DNA of 64,000 nucleotides from Nageia nagi (Eukaryota > Plantae > Pinophyta), in the NCBI GenBank assembly GCA_050084985.1, contig JBITNC010000001.1, forward strand, positions 158,224,001 through 158,288,000, written 5' to 3'. The notes beneath the pieces are model-generated. The model saw only the letters and a program-made list of their open reading frames with translations. It ran no database searches and was not told where the DNA came from. How positions within the stretch are numbered: the stretch's first letter is position 1; every line of letters begins with the position of its first letter. Positions 25,201 through 40,200 of the stretch are shown one piece after another. A program made the translations under genes and the position numbers.

Positions 25201-28200
25201 ATGGCTTCCTCCATGCTTTCCAGCTAGGTTTGCATTGTTTTCCTAGTAAGAGCAGACTCCTTCCTTTTCAGCTTCTTCCCTATTGGAGTCATAGCGGGCG
25301 ATCTAGATTTTTTTTCTTTGAGTTTGAGTCCTTAGAGCCATCTATGCTTCTGTTAGAGACCTCTTTTGGAGATTCCTTCTTTTGTTTTGACCTTCAATGA
25401 GAACCCTCTTCAACAAGTTTTTTCCCCTTGGAAGAGAATGCCTTAAGGACATGTTGTCCATATTTTTTACTCCTCATTGCCTCTCTTTTTAGAGAAGGAA
25501 GGGTCCTTGGTGTCCTTTGATGTTTCCTTCTCTTCGAGTGATTTCGTGTCTTCATTAAACTCTCCTGCAACGAGATTTCCCGAATCTAACTTGGTTGTCA
25601 AAGGTGAATCAAAGGGGGTCTACGAGCTTGGGTCTGACTCGTTGGAAGAAGAGTATGCAATTAGTTTGTTACGACTTGGTTTGGCTATAGTCGACTTAGC
25701 TTCCTCATGCCTAAATTAACAATGTGAGAAGAACAACATGCTTTGGAGCCATCAAAGGGGGTCTATGAGCTTGGGTCCAACTTGTTGGAAGAAGAATATG
25801 CAATTAGTTTGCTATGACTTGGTTTGGTTATCGCCGACTTAGCTTTCTCATGCCTAAATTAACAATGTGAGAAGAACAACATGCTTTGGAGCCATCAACT
25901 TCCCCATTTGCATTGCCATGGTGGATTTCTCCACTAATTTGAAAAAGAAAGAGCAGATGTTCATAAATTGATTCCCCTAAATGTGGTTCATGAAGCCCAC
26001 ATGAAATCTCCTCACAACGTCTTGGCTCTTGTCTAGAGTGAGGAATTTGCATGATGACTACAACAACTCTCCTCCATGGTTTTAGAAGCGAATCCCATTG
26101 GTAACCATATGAAAGGTAGACTAATGGCTTGCTTGACTCTCCATCTTGTTTGCAAAAGATATCAATTTCATTCTTTAACAAGTTTTTTTCCATCAGTAAG
26201 TTGATACTCTTTGCTTCCAACCTTGAAACCTACACCAACATCTTCTTTGAAATTCAGAATTTAACCCCATGCGCAAAAACTTTCCTGTCCTTCCAAGAGC
26301 AGGCTAAGGTGGTGGCCAATTTCATGTACAACCCCACCTCTCCATAATGGCCTTTTCTTCCCTTTTAGTTGCAAAGATGCAAGTTCCATCATCCTTGTAG
26401 CTAGGGAAACAAACACAAAGTGAACAAGTGACAAAAAATGAATGCATGAATCGTTTATCACCTAGAAGATTTAATGCAATCGCGTGGGGTGTTGGGATTG
26501 CTACTCCATGCAATGAAGAGACCATTGGATGCCACCTTCGCATGATCCCATCTATGCTCTCAATTGCTCCATGTCAGATCATGATGGATTTTGGGGTACA
26601 TAACTTCCATTTTACCTGATGAGTAATGCCACCCAATTTTTCATTTGTATCAATGTCCAATGAAGTGTTGTCAAGCCGACATTGTCTACCAACTTGCCCA
26701 ATCATACAAATATTGCCACCTTGGGAAAAATCAACTTGCCAATCCATGAACTTTGAAGTCTCCAATGGTCCCTTTAAGAGATGCATACTAACTAAATATA
26801 GGGAACTTGTTGGCCAATAAGCCAAAGGCTTCTATTTGGGTGTCTTGAGATACCTCCCATCCATTTTGTCAAGTATTACTAGGAGGTTGTATTCCAAAGG
26901 CTTCTAAAGGGTTCTCTTTCCAAATAGAATCATCTTCCTGGGGAAGCTATTGATTTGCAGGTAGTCCGCTACCTTATTTCCTTCCCTGTAAGCATGTTTA
27001 ATTTGATATTCTGTCAATTCAAAAAACCAAGATCTAATCTCATCGAAGAGCCTTTTTGATTGCAACTCGGTTCTTGGGAGCGCTTGAGAGTGTTGATTAT
27101 GTTGAGTGAGTTCCCCTCAATGATGTTTCTTTGAAATATTTCTTCTTTCAAGAGTTTTACCCCCTGATGGAGTGCTTTAACTTCAAAAAAATGACTAGAT
27201 TTGGGGCTCTATGTTCTTGACAAAGGCTAGGAAGAGCTCTCCTTTGTCATTGCGGATAATTCCTCTTGCCCCCGAGTCTCTAGGATTTCCTTTGGAGGCT
27301 CCATCAAAGTTTAACTGCACCCATCCCACTGGCGGGGCATCCATTTGACCAGAGATCTGTCTTCCTTCACCTTCACAATATGGATCTCTTTGTGAGTCAT
27401 TTCCCACACTAGGACGTGCATTCTTTCTAGAAGATCATGGAAGCAATTCTTTTTTTGACATATCAATTGGTGACAGCTTTCTTTAGCTGCAGCTAAGCAA
27501 ATAGTTTTTAGGTCTGGACAAATTATGAAACCGTATTTTGGTTGATTGTTGTTTTACTAGACAATAATTAATGGTGTAATAAGTGATAAGTTATTAACAC
27601 ACGAGGAGGTGATTAATTAATGCTTTTGCTATTACAATACTCCTTGAATTGATTATGGAATATATGGCTGCATAGGAGCTTAGCATTAGTCAATAACAAG
27701 AGAGCATATTATGTCATGCATGGCTTGTAAATGACAAAACATGCTTTTTTGTATTGTTATATATGTGTTATGTCATTATTTTTAACTTGATTCTGGCTGC
27801 ATTACTATATTATTATTAGTTTTTGACTGATTAGGTTTGAATGAATGTTCTGCAGTGTGCATATTATCTGTTAGCTTATCTGCGATCAAATCTCTATGTA
27901 ATGGATATTAACTATGTATTGTGTTTCCTGATGTAGGTAGAAAAGCAAAACCAATGTCTTGAAGTAACTGACTCTCTTCCCGGTTTGTTTCTTTCTTCTT
28001 TTTTGGTTTTGTAAATATCTCATTCATGTATAATCCTTAGTTTTTAAAGCAATAATGTGTTAATGGCCTTACAAATTATTTGCTAATAATGCAATAGGTA
28101 CATCATCAGGTCCAGAGTCAAAGACACCCATGCCAGAGAAGAAATTGATTGAGTTCATCCTTGATAAGCTACAAAAGTAAGTAGAATCTTGTTACCTTAG

Positions 28201-31200
28201 CTAACTTAGATCACTCGTGGAATATTTCTTGGTTTCATTGCTACAGCTTCCAAGTAACATGTGATTGATTCATTAGCTGTTTTTCCAACAGGAAAGACAC
28301 ATATGGTGTGTTTTCTGAACCTGTGGACCCAGAAGAGGTATGCTAGTTGTTGAAACTGAAATTTCAGATTGAAAACTAATGTTAAGATGAATAATGAAAT
28401 ATGTAAACATTGTTGGGATGACACAAAAATTCTTCATGATGTCAGCTTCCAGACTATCATGAAGTTATACAAAATCCCATGGATTTTGGCACGATACGGA
28501 AAAAGCTTGGAAAGAGAGTCTATGCCTGCTTAGAAGAATTGGAGGTTAGTCAAATAGATGAAATTTAAAATTTGCATGGAAGAAGTTTTGTTAAAATTTG
28601 TCAATATATGTTCTTTCTTGTCTGCAAATAAGTGTATTTGTTACGTCCTAAGTTATCTTTGGGTTCAATTTTATGACAGTTAGTATCCTTCCTATTTACA
28701 AATAAAATTGTAGTAGTTACTGGTCTTTGACTCAAAACCATCACTTTCATGAGGAGACATTTTTTTAAATATGAATGTTAAGTTACTTTAAATGCTGACT
28801 AATTTAAATTTACCAAGGCTACATTGTCTGTAGACAGCTTCTTGTTTCTATTTGGGGGATTTGATGTTTCCGTGTTAGTATAATTATTTTGTAGGTCACA
28901 ATATGAACCTGTCTTATGTTGACCATTATGTTCAGAATTTACTATTTAGTCCATGTTTAAGATAAGTCCAGCAACACTTGAAGTTTTATAGTAAGCAATT
29001 CACAGATTATATTGGTGTATGATAATGTACCACAACTCTAAACAGATGAGAGTTGCTGCTGAAATTGAAGGGGATCTACTTGGGTCTGCTATAACTTATA
29101 AGTGATCAAGTTGAGAACTTAGGCAATCTTGATGAAATTTTATAGTGATTAAATCCATTCTGGAATTCAGAGATGCATTTTGCATTGTGTGGAGAAAGAA
29201 AGAAAGTGTTAAAGTCCTTGGGTGACCAAAAGCGGTCAATGGGATTGTTGAGTACAAGCATGATCAATATACCAATAAAGCCCCTATAGGGCTCACTCTA
29301 TGAAAGGCATACAAACAACTGAAATGGCATAAAGCAAATACAAACACATTCGTGAAAAGGATGGTCCAAACCTTGAAGAAAGGAGGGATGAAAGTCTAAT
29401 ATAGTCTAGGGAAGCTCATCCTAGGCCTCTTAGTCAAGGAGCCTACAGGAACTATCTGCCTCGAAGAGAGGTCTCATTGGTCTTTAAGGGTCATGCCTGT
29501 GGAACTACTGTTGGTGGGGAAGAAGGATGTGATTTCTCGAGTCCTCAATGGAGCATGAAAGTCCTGAAGGCATCTTTTGGTGCAGCACATGGGAAGAAGA
29601 GGGTCATCATGATGTCTCTTATGCTCCCCTTCAATAGGATTAATAGGAGAAGCTCAAAAGAAAGATGTAATGTTGTGGTCACCTGTTGGATGTTGAGTGC
29701 TAGCTAGAAGATGCTTCCGTAGAAGGAAGGTCTTATAGAGATAGAGAGCTAAGCAATGCTGATCATGTTGTTGGAGAAATGTAGACAAGAAGCCGTGTGA
29801 ATCTTAGAAGAGACAATGGTATCTACCTTTGATCTCATAATAGATTGAGCATTGAAAGATGAAGTGGTCTTAGGATTCATTCTCAAGAAAATGAAGTCAA
29901 CAAACTCGCAAGTCTCAATCTAGATTGTGGTTCATTTTGATCCTCGATGGGGCAAACCCAAAACTATCCAAGGAACATTCTCAAGCCAAGGGGAAGATGC
30001 AAGCTAGTGTAGCCAGGTGGGATGATCAATCCTCCATCGATTTGGAGATACTGCTTTGAATAATTTACTAGTGAGATCCAAGTGCATTGGATGAAGGCCT
30101 TGAATACTTTGCCGCAAATCTCAGTCAAGGAATCCACTAAGGTACTAGACAAATCCCTCATGGGTTTAGGTCATTTGTCTGGAGAAAAACCAAATCTTGA
30201 AAGTGTCTTGGTAACCTTGGCAAACCAACAATTGTAGTAAACTTGTGTGGCTAGGTTGATCGAGGAAGCTAGGGCTCTATTAGGTAGTCTAGTTGAATGT
30301 CTCCATGATCAGATAATATGTGCAAGTGATGGAGGAAGAGGACTAAGGAAGCAATGGCTTGCACTTAAAGAGGCTAGCAACCAAACTTTGCAAGCATGAT
30401 AGCGTGAGGTATCGCTATCTTGCTACGAATTGATCAAGAGAGTGTACTGACCAAGATCCCTTCTATTGGGTTGCTACTCTCAAATTGGGGTCCCAAACCT
30501 CAACTCCATATAATATCGTGGGAGTGACAAGAGTTTGAAAGAGTCGTAACTTGGATGGTATGTCCTTGAAGTGCATTTGAACGCATTGCTGTGACGTCCC
30601 CTTTGTGCTTCGGACAACTTTAGTGGATTCTTGAGAATCCTATTGTAATGTAGGTTTACTTTGTATTCTTCTTTCATGTTGTAACCCGAGATAGGAGACT
30701 TATCGAGTCATTGACCCCCATTATGAGCCCTAAGTGAGATGTCTCCCTCATGTGGATTAGCATAGGGGATTTATTAGTATAAATGGCTTATCATGCATGT
30801 GTCAGGCCAAGAGTGGCCCCATGTCCACCCAGGAGACCCAACAACACCTTGAGACCCACGTCAACCTTCTCGTGACTTCTATGCATGCGTGGCACCCTCA
30901 GGATATGCGCTATCTGTTTGAGCTTAAGGAGGACCCATGTGGCATGTTTGGACACTTGAACACCCACGTTGGGCATCATGGCCCCCCCTAGCTGGTCAAC
31001 GTTGGAAAAAAAGGGGGATTGGTGACTTCGAGGTAGGAACACAACATGAGATTATAAATAGACCTTGGAGGCTCATTTGAGGATAGCTATAGATGATTAT
31101 TACTTCTTATATTTGACTTCTGGACAACAAGTCTTAGCCAGGGCTGAACAATTCTACCTAGACATAGTGTCTAGAGGGTGATTGGGCTGAGGCATCCCAG

Positions 31201-34200
31201 TTATCTTGACTTGGTATAGCGTCAAGTCCATCCGGTAGTATCCGAGGATTCCATTCCTACCATTCAGTTGGATTTCCAATGTTCGAGGAGAGCCCCTTCG
31301 ATGGGCAGAAGTTGAGGGCTGAGGGAGTGAATCTGTCCCATTGTTTCGAGTTGTATTTGAGAGTGATTGTGTGTATCTAGTCGTCTTGAAGAGGCCACGA
31401 TTGACATTTGGCTGATGTAATTGTCTCTATTGAATAAATATATCATTGAGGATTCCTATCTCATTTATTGTGTTGTGGATGCCATTGCATGTATGCGTTG
31501 ATATTGAATGAATGCTCTATCTATATCATTCTTGTGTAAGGATTGGTAATTGATCAAGGGAGTCAGACGTTGCCATTCTGGTATCATTTGTGACTAGATC
31601 TGGAGATCAAGGTACTCTTGGCTTGCCGTCCTTTGTGGTTGATTGAGGGAAGGTGCATTTGGCACAAGTGTTCATTTGGAACATTACAATTGCCTCTCTA
31701 AGGTAGAAACCATCGCATAATCTTGATAGTCTAGGTGGGGTGGTCTCAATGATATCATCACAGAAGGTGATCTAGGTTTGGTCTAACTTGGCTCTCAAAA
31801 CATTGAAGGCGAGAATCTTAGTCTTACTAAGGTTCACCCTAAGCTCTTGTCTGGTATTGAAGGCATCTAATACATCCACCAAACTGTATAAACCCTCAAT
31901 TGAGTGGGAAAGTAGACCAATATCGTTTGCAAAGAGGAGGATGGGTACTCAACAGCCATGTAGGAGGCAGCCCACCTCACAGTCAATGGACTCAAGGATA
32001 AAAGACTCCAGCTCGTTTATATAGAGGCCAAATAGAGTTGAAGCCTAATATTGAGATTTCCAGTTATAATATTAAACCTTCACAATAAGAAGTGCTTGCC
32101 CCTTTTGTGTACATGTCTATTTTACTTATCATGAATTGCACTTCGATTTGAGAATTATCTTTTTGTTATATTTTGACTTGATAAGTTCTAGAAATCTGTG
32201 TAACCTTGGAAGGTCATGGAAATGTTTTTTGTTTTTGTTTTTTCTAATATTTTCTTATTGTGTTTGTAATGGACTCCTTTCTTTCTATCACATAAGGTTG
32301 CATTCAAGTGCTAAAAACATTAGGCTTGACATAGGACGCTTCCAAGTTGAATATTTCCAATTGTGACATGAAATATTTAATTATTGAACTTTACAAGGCA
32401 GCATTATGATCTTCAAAGTGTTTGGCAAACCTGTTTCATGAAATCTAATTAGATTAACATTTTGAATCACACTTCATGAACCTTCATTAAGACAGCGTCA
32501 AGAGGGACAGGGTTTGGATCATTGAATCAATTCTCCTAAGTAAAGAAAAAGACAGCAGTGAGGAGGAAAAAGACAGCCTTAGAGCCATAGTTTGATAGTT
32601 ATGATTTTGGCATTTTGCTACTATGATTTCAGTACTACTGTATATGTCATTTGAGTATTTCTGATTTGAGATTTCAGATCTATCATTATGTACTAGACTG
32701 ATTCAGATTTAATGACATTATGGCATTATGATCATTGATTATGGGCTGCTCATTTTAATATTATGATTCATGCTTAATTTCTAATTTAAGTTCCAAATGT
32801 TATATACATGATTGAATTGATAATAATAATGAATTTGAAACAATGAAATTTAAAAAATCTAAAAATTCTGAAATTTTTTACTAGTATTATACTAGCCGTT
32901 CCCCTTGTTGATTCTGAGGCATTCCCTAAAAATGAACTCTGTCGTTCCCTTTATGGGGAATGCATTCCAACGTTCCCTAAAAATGACCTCCGTTGTTCCC
33001 TTTATTGGGAATGCATTCCTGCCCCCTGCTCCCCTGTTCCTGAGGCCTTGTGGAACCTTGCGATTAATATATTTTCATTCCCTAAACATAATAAATTGTA
33101 CATATTTTAATATATTGTTCTTTATTTTGTGTTTACAAAGTGGTGTATCTGACTTTTTTTTTTCTTCCTGAATAGTTTTTTGCTAAAACCCTAGGTTTTT
33201 GGTTTGAAGCTCCATGTTTTTAATTCTTTCAAAACCCTAATTACTAAGACTCCTCTTTTTCCAAATTAGAGTACCAGCATTTTGTCAAACTCCATTTTTT
33301 TTCACCCATGTTTGCACTACATTTGGATCATTTGAACCAAAGGATCTGAAACTATCACCAAACCAAGAAGTGCATCTATAATTCAAATATTAGTGAATGA
33401 TGATGAGGACCTAAACAATGCTAGAATAACTATAGATGAGGACATTTTTGATTCAGATATGCATCTTTCAATTAGTTTAAACAGAAAGTATGATGATGAT
33501 GTAGAAGAAGATTAAAATCAGCATAATAGTCCATAGAATGATTGTCGAAAATGACAACAACAATGAAACAGAATATCAGGATGTTCAATCTTAAGAGAAT
33601 CCTAATCTCAGATAAAGTAGTGTAAAACCAATAATGAATGATGAAGTTGAGCATGAACTACTCTTCCAATCAAAGAAAGAATCAAACTCATGCAATATAT
33701 ATTCATCGATGAGGATTTCCTTCATAGCTTTGTAATATTACCTAGATCTCAAATGATAATTCTTGACCTATACAAGGCATGTGGTGTCTTTGATCTATCT
33801 CCTTCACACATGCGAAAGTGATTCAACCAATAGTTTAAAGGATATTTTATTTTGTGATGTTCTTAGTTCAACTTCAATTCTTGCAAAACATACAAAACAA
33901 TTATTTCATACTCTTCGTCCCAAAATGTACCTACCCTAGGGCTCATATCCCATACATGGGCATTTTGGATCCTCTATCCTAGACTGCCAATGTTTTGGTA
34001 CCTATGCACCAAATCATTCCTTACCCTATTTCATCAAATCCAACCTTTCTACCATCTCTGTCTATCCAATTAACAGTAGGAATTACCATATCATGGTTTG
34101 CCCCTAAAAACAATGGCAAAAGCCAATGCTTGAGACACCAAATAGTAATAGAGGCAAAAAAATAGGGTATTTTCAGAACTGTTAATTCCAAGACAGCAAC

Positions 34201-37200
34201 AACATAGGCAAAGATATGCAACTACATCTCATGAAAAGCCAAGATGATACACCAATTTTCAGTTTTGAGGGATTAACACCTAAGGAAAGAGCAATTTAGG
34301 CAGAAGGCATAATGAATTTGATATAATTGATAAACAAACAATCCACTTTTCAAAAGTTATCTCCCCAAGAACAACACATGAAATTGATTGAGTTAAAAAA
34401 AAAATTCTAGTGGTAACAAAAAGAAAAAAAGACATATTGACTTGTTCAAAAAGGTCAATCAAATACCAAAGGAATTAAAGACACTCAGAGATCAAGGTGC
34501 CAAAACACATATCATAGCTTTCTATTAAAGTATTAAGAATTCTTTATGCTCAAGAATAAGATCATTAACTTTGCTAGAAAAAGACCTCCAAGTTATACCA
34601 AATACAATGGTACAGAATGAGAAGACAGTGTCACACTGGACAACACATACTTGGATTTGAGAAGAAAGCAATTGAACTCAATAATGACTAAGATCTCATG
34701 AATAAGGGATTTGCAAAACTTTAAGAGGTGATGCCTTCCTGTGGTATTAGAAAATACATAATGACAATATGATTTTCATAGGATACGGAGAATGAAAGGT
34801 AATGAAATCATTATTCAACAAGGGGACCTAAAATATGTCTTACAATCTCTGCATCCTTCATTTAAAGGACACACATGTAATCTCATTGATGTTGTATGTT
34901 GAAAACTTGAAACATGGAAAGAGTAACACAAATGCAAATAGGAAAAAAATCAATACAACAATAATTGTACAGGAAAAAGTTAAAACTAACAACACAACAA
35001 TTGTGTCAAATTCAAATTAGGTTCAAACAAAAGTACACAAAAACCTCAGAGGAAATATACCCACTTGTAGGAAAGCCTCAGCTTAGTCTTAGACATGTTA
35101 ATGAAAATACAGATAATTGAGCTATCTTCAAGAAAAGAATGCTACTTCTCTAATATTGTGCTAAAAGGATTCAGATTTGATGAGCTCTGTAATTATCACT
35201 AAAACATAGGGCATACCACAGAAAAAAGAAAAAAATTAAGAGACTTCATGTAAGATTTGATTGCTCAAGATTATATCAAGTTTGATGATGCTCCTTAGCG
35301 TAAACAGCAAACTCAACCAGCAACACCAGTTCATCCACAAACTCGGAAATTGGGAATTTTCTATACTCCGTTATCACAAGAAGTTGTAAACCATGAAGGA
35401 AACCATCAAGCATATTGTTCAATTTGTTGAAACAATGTCAAGATGCAAAATAGGGTCATATTTCAGAGCTTCAGAGCTCATTAGAGTCAACTTTGAGCCA
35501 CAAAAAGCAGTCTTCTACAGAAACCTTATGTTATGCGACAAGCCAACCCAGAATACCCATGTTCTGGGACAGATAGCCCAGGACACTCATGCTTTGGGAT
35601 AGTCATTGAAATCAGGTTCAGATATTTTCAAAAGGTTGGATTCACAGTTCTCTTCAGCATGGTGACTTTCTCCATAGACAAATAGTTCCAAAATGACTTA
35701 GTTGGAAAATCCCATAGCTACCATCCTCTTTTTGAGTTACAAAGATCAGATCCTTATTTCCAATTGAATAGCCTCTTCAATCTCCCTCTTGTTTCATATT
35801 TCATGCTGTAACTTGTCTTATTTCCATGTCTTATCCATTTCATGATTATTTCTTATTATGTTTAAACTAATAGTATGAATGAATCTTCAATTTTTGCAAA
35901 CTCTTGCTTATATGTCTTAGATTATAATGTTTCTGGATTTTCAGTTCATATTTGACAACAAACAAGGTATGTTTCTCAAACTTTCCTTTGTCCTTGCATT
36001 ATCAATATGCATAACTTCTACTTGTATTTTCATTTTCAGAGTAGAGGCATAGTTGCATTTATCAAACCTATCTTAACTGCGTTGCTAGCTTTTTATCTCA
36101 TGCATATCTGGTTCAAACACTGAATAGTCTTTTGATTATCACAATGATCACTCAGTATCTTCCTTATTGTGTGCACATCTTTATCCTTGATTTTTTGCTT
36201 TTGATTCTGGTCTTTGCTTCCCTTTATGATAAGCTCATCAGCTTTGTTTTTGACTTGCATCATTTGGTTCTACTTATGGCTGGCCAAATTTTCTCATTGA
36301 CTTATTGATTTTCATCTTTCTGATTTATCTGTTTATTCATTTTGGTGAAACCAAGTTCATCTGATAATCAAGTTGACTATTTTCAGCATTAAATAAGAAA
36401 TTTTCAAATTAACTCTTAAGCATATCATTTGTTTGCATTATTATATGCTTGCATTATCAACATCTTATCTAACATGTTCTCTAGATTAATCATATAAGCA
36501 CAAGAAGTATCTTCAGGGTATATCACAAGCTAAGTTATTTCATGATATGCCACAATGAAGAAGGAGTTGAATCTGAATAGAATAATCATTTCTGGGTCAA
36601 CACCTTTGCATTAGCATTAAAATTTGCAAATATGGATGTCAATTTCAGAAACAGAATGCACTTCTGGCTTCTTCAGATCATTGCGAACATTCAGTGTGAC
36701 TTTCAAGGCTTTTTGGCATAGGTTCTACAATGCCAACGTTCTGGCACCTTAGGGTTCAGAACGACAACATTCTTGCACCTCAGGTACAGAACCCAAATGT
36801 TCTGGCACCTAGGTCCTAGAATGCCAATGATTTAGTCTCGTTCATTCAGATTTATTCTTGGAATTATCTGTATCGTCTTCTAGAGTATCAAATTCTGAAT
36901 TATCATTTGCTGTGTCTTCTAAATCACATCTCAAAAATATCTAAGTTTTCTCTATGTTGTATCCGTCTTATGTTGCTGAATTATCTTTGTCTTATCTTGC
37001 TAAATTATATATGACATAAACAATTGTATTTTGTTGTATTATTACCTACATGTTTTCTTAATACTAAGTTACTAACAAGCGGAGATGCCTAATGACTACT
37101 GTAGTATCAGACTTCATACTACCAAGGGGTGAATGTCGAGTTCTACTCAGAGGCAACATACATCGTTGATCTTGTCAATCTATGACAGACATTAAATATA

Positions 37201-40200
37201 ATTTGAAATGAGCTACATTTCTTGGGATTAATGTGAGTTGTTGATCAAGGAATCAATGGTGAACGTTCACTACACTGTGTTCAAACAAGGCAAACCCTTC
37301 AAGAAATATTTAATTATTGACCATCAGATTTCGCAAAAAAAGAGCGAGCCAAAGGAGACCTAATGTAAGCCTTGCTGATCATGTGATCAGGAAGGGAGAT
37401 CTACTAATCAAGTGGGTAACACTTTTGGAAGAAAACAACAGAGTGCCTTCAATGTTGCTACCCACCTCCTCCTCTCAACAGTGAAACACTTCCATGACAA
37501 AGCAGCACATTCATTACACATTGTGAGACTTTAATGCCATTACTTATCTTCTCCATTGATTCAAAGCGAGAGTTAATTATTTGTGTGATCCGATGGATAA
37601 ATAAGAGCTTCAAGCTCAGTTGTGAGGAGGAGAAATATTACAGGCTCATGCTTAGTGGCTAGCTTAGTCAATATATCTCTTTTCATTTCCTTGTCTATTT
37701 TCAAGAATTCAAACATTGTTTTATTGAGTTTCAGACTTGAAGCCTCCTCTGATTTCTACAAGAGTTATCTGTATTCAAAGTTTTAATATAAGAAGTTGTG
37801 TATTTAAAGTTTAAATACAAGAAGGTATCTGTATTCATGTTTCTGAATACTTTATATTTTCTGTAGTGTCAGAAGTGTGTTTATTCATCGTTTGAGGATT
37901 GATAATCCATGTGTTTATTTAATTTCTAGTGGATAGATAAAGAATCCTTGATCTTGGCACATCGCCTCCCTTAGAAAAGGATTTTGGTGCAAACTCTTGC
38001 CCTTTATCATCTTGCATGCAAAGTAGATTAGTGAGTTTGAGATGAAGCTCATACAAGGAGCAGTTCTTGAAAATCTCGAAGGTTACTTTGTAAGCTAGGT
38101 CCCATGTCTACTGAAATTCCCATTGTTGCATTTTGAGTGGGGTGTGGGTACAAGTTGTACATAGCTATTGCAATAGATGGTTCTTGTGCCGGAGTGACCA
38201 GCAACTATCAAGACTTATTATGTACTTTGTCAATCTAGGATAAGCAAATACATTACTTCATCTATCTTTCTTTTGTAGGTTTCAAACATTTTTCTTTGAA
38301 CTTCATGTTCAACACTGGTCATCACATGCAATCTAAAGAAAAAAGGGCAATCAACGCCATTCACTTTGCTTTAAAAGAATACCCATGCTCTTGCTTGACC
38401 TTTTCAACCATTGGGGCAATGATAGGTGTCTAGCCAAATCATGACAGGTTTGAGCATCTTGTGTTTTCTAGAATTTACCTTCTTCTGTACAACAATTGCT
38501 TGCAAGATCTTGGAAGGGTCAAATTGTGCAAGGTTCTATGAAGTTTTATATCCTTTTATTTTGGAAATGGGTCTTGAATTCTCTCCCTCAACTACATCCT
38601 CAAACAAGGCAAATTGTAGACACTTAAATTTGTATTTTAATTATCTAAAATAATTTTGCTGATTTATGCAAAAATACCATTTTGGGTTCACTTTGAGCTC
38701 TTTTGAATCAACCTATGTGCACGTTGGCTTAGATGGTTACACCTAGGTGAATTAAAATTTAGATTTCTTAAGTCTATATAAGACAAAGTTGAATACTTAG
38801 GTGTTGAAATAGAATCTTGGAAGACAAACTTTGGAAACATGCAAAATTCTACAAGATGCATCCACCAAAGGTTTCCATTCCCCACAATTCAACAAATCTC
38901 AAACTTTGGGCATCCTGGATCTCCTGTCTCTAAATGCGGTGTTCTGGGACGCTTGACCCAGAATGTTGGCAATTTCGTCTTTGAGTCAGAGTGACGCTGA
39001 ACCAGTTTTGGCAGTGGAACACAGCCTATTATCACTCAAATTTCTCATCTATTCATTACAGAATGTCAGGATTTGTCATCCAAGAGAACAAGTTGTACGT
39101 CAACCCACCTTTGATTTGCAATTCCCAGAAAAATCTTTTATGTGTCCTGTGAATTTGCATAATGTTAGTGTTTGTATCCTATACTACATAATGCTATTAA
39201 TATATTTTCTTTCCGTAGAGATAACAAATTATACATACTTTAATACATTGTTCTTTATTTTGTGTCTGCAGCGAGGTTGTAAAACAATTATTTGGTCCTT
39301 CTTGTTCTACCACTATGGAATCAATTATGTGTACATTATGATATAGTAAAGGAAGTTTCGAATGGGTTTATTAAAATCATTAATTTAGTTCACAACTCTA
39401 CAGTGCTGATGAGATTCACAAATGGGTGATAACTATGGAACCCTATGCAAGGAACATCATGTTAGTAAACTTTGGTATTGAGGAATGTTAATGGTAGAAG
39501 GAGTGGTTGCAAATTACAATCATGAGTGGAGTCCAGGATTTTAAGCTCAAATGACTCATAAGTTTTGTTGAGGCCTGTTGAGGCTTTCCAAGTTTGGTGA
39601 GTCTGATCTCTAGACTCGTGAGCATCTCAATTTAAAAGAGGAAAAACACATTAAAATGATAAAAATACATAATTTTATGAATTTTCAGCTAACATTGAAG
39701 TTGATTAACTTAATATTTAATTGATGTCAATTTGTTAAGGAATTTATACTTATTGCATGACCTTTTGAATTTTGCTAAGTGTGATGTTTTTAAAAATTTC
39801 TGCTGATTCCGGGTTTTAGTCAAAACTAGTTGTGCCAAGTCCAAGTCTGAACTTTATGGTTGTAACTAAAATCGAGGTTCTAGACCCCTTTTAGTTTTTC
39901 TGACCAGTAGTTGCTAATAAGAAATAGGAGCATATGCAGCAATATAAACAACCTGCAGCATCCTATTCTGTTATTGAAATTGCTTTTAGGAATTTCAAAA
40001 ACAATTTTTTTTCCAAATTAAGGAATGTATTGTTATTGCACGACCTTGTGAATTTTGCTGAGTGTATGATGTTTTTAAATTGTTTGGCTGATTCTGAGTT
40101 TGAATCAAAACTAGGCATGCCAAGTTTAAGCCTCAACTTTATGGTAAAAACTAAGATTGAGGTTCTATGAAGACCCATTCTAATTTTTCTGAGCAGTAGC

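Noticed and set aside
30680-31688. Alternative solo-LTR boundary TGTAA...TTACA
   Set aside because: No TSD; the 30590 boundary gives the ATTGC TSD and restores the LINE frame.
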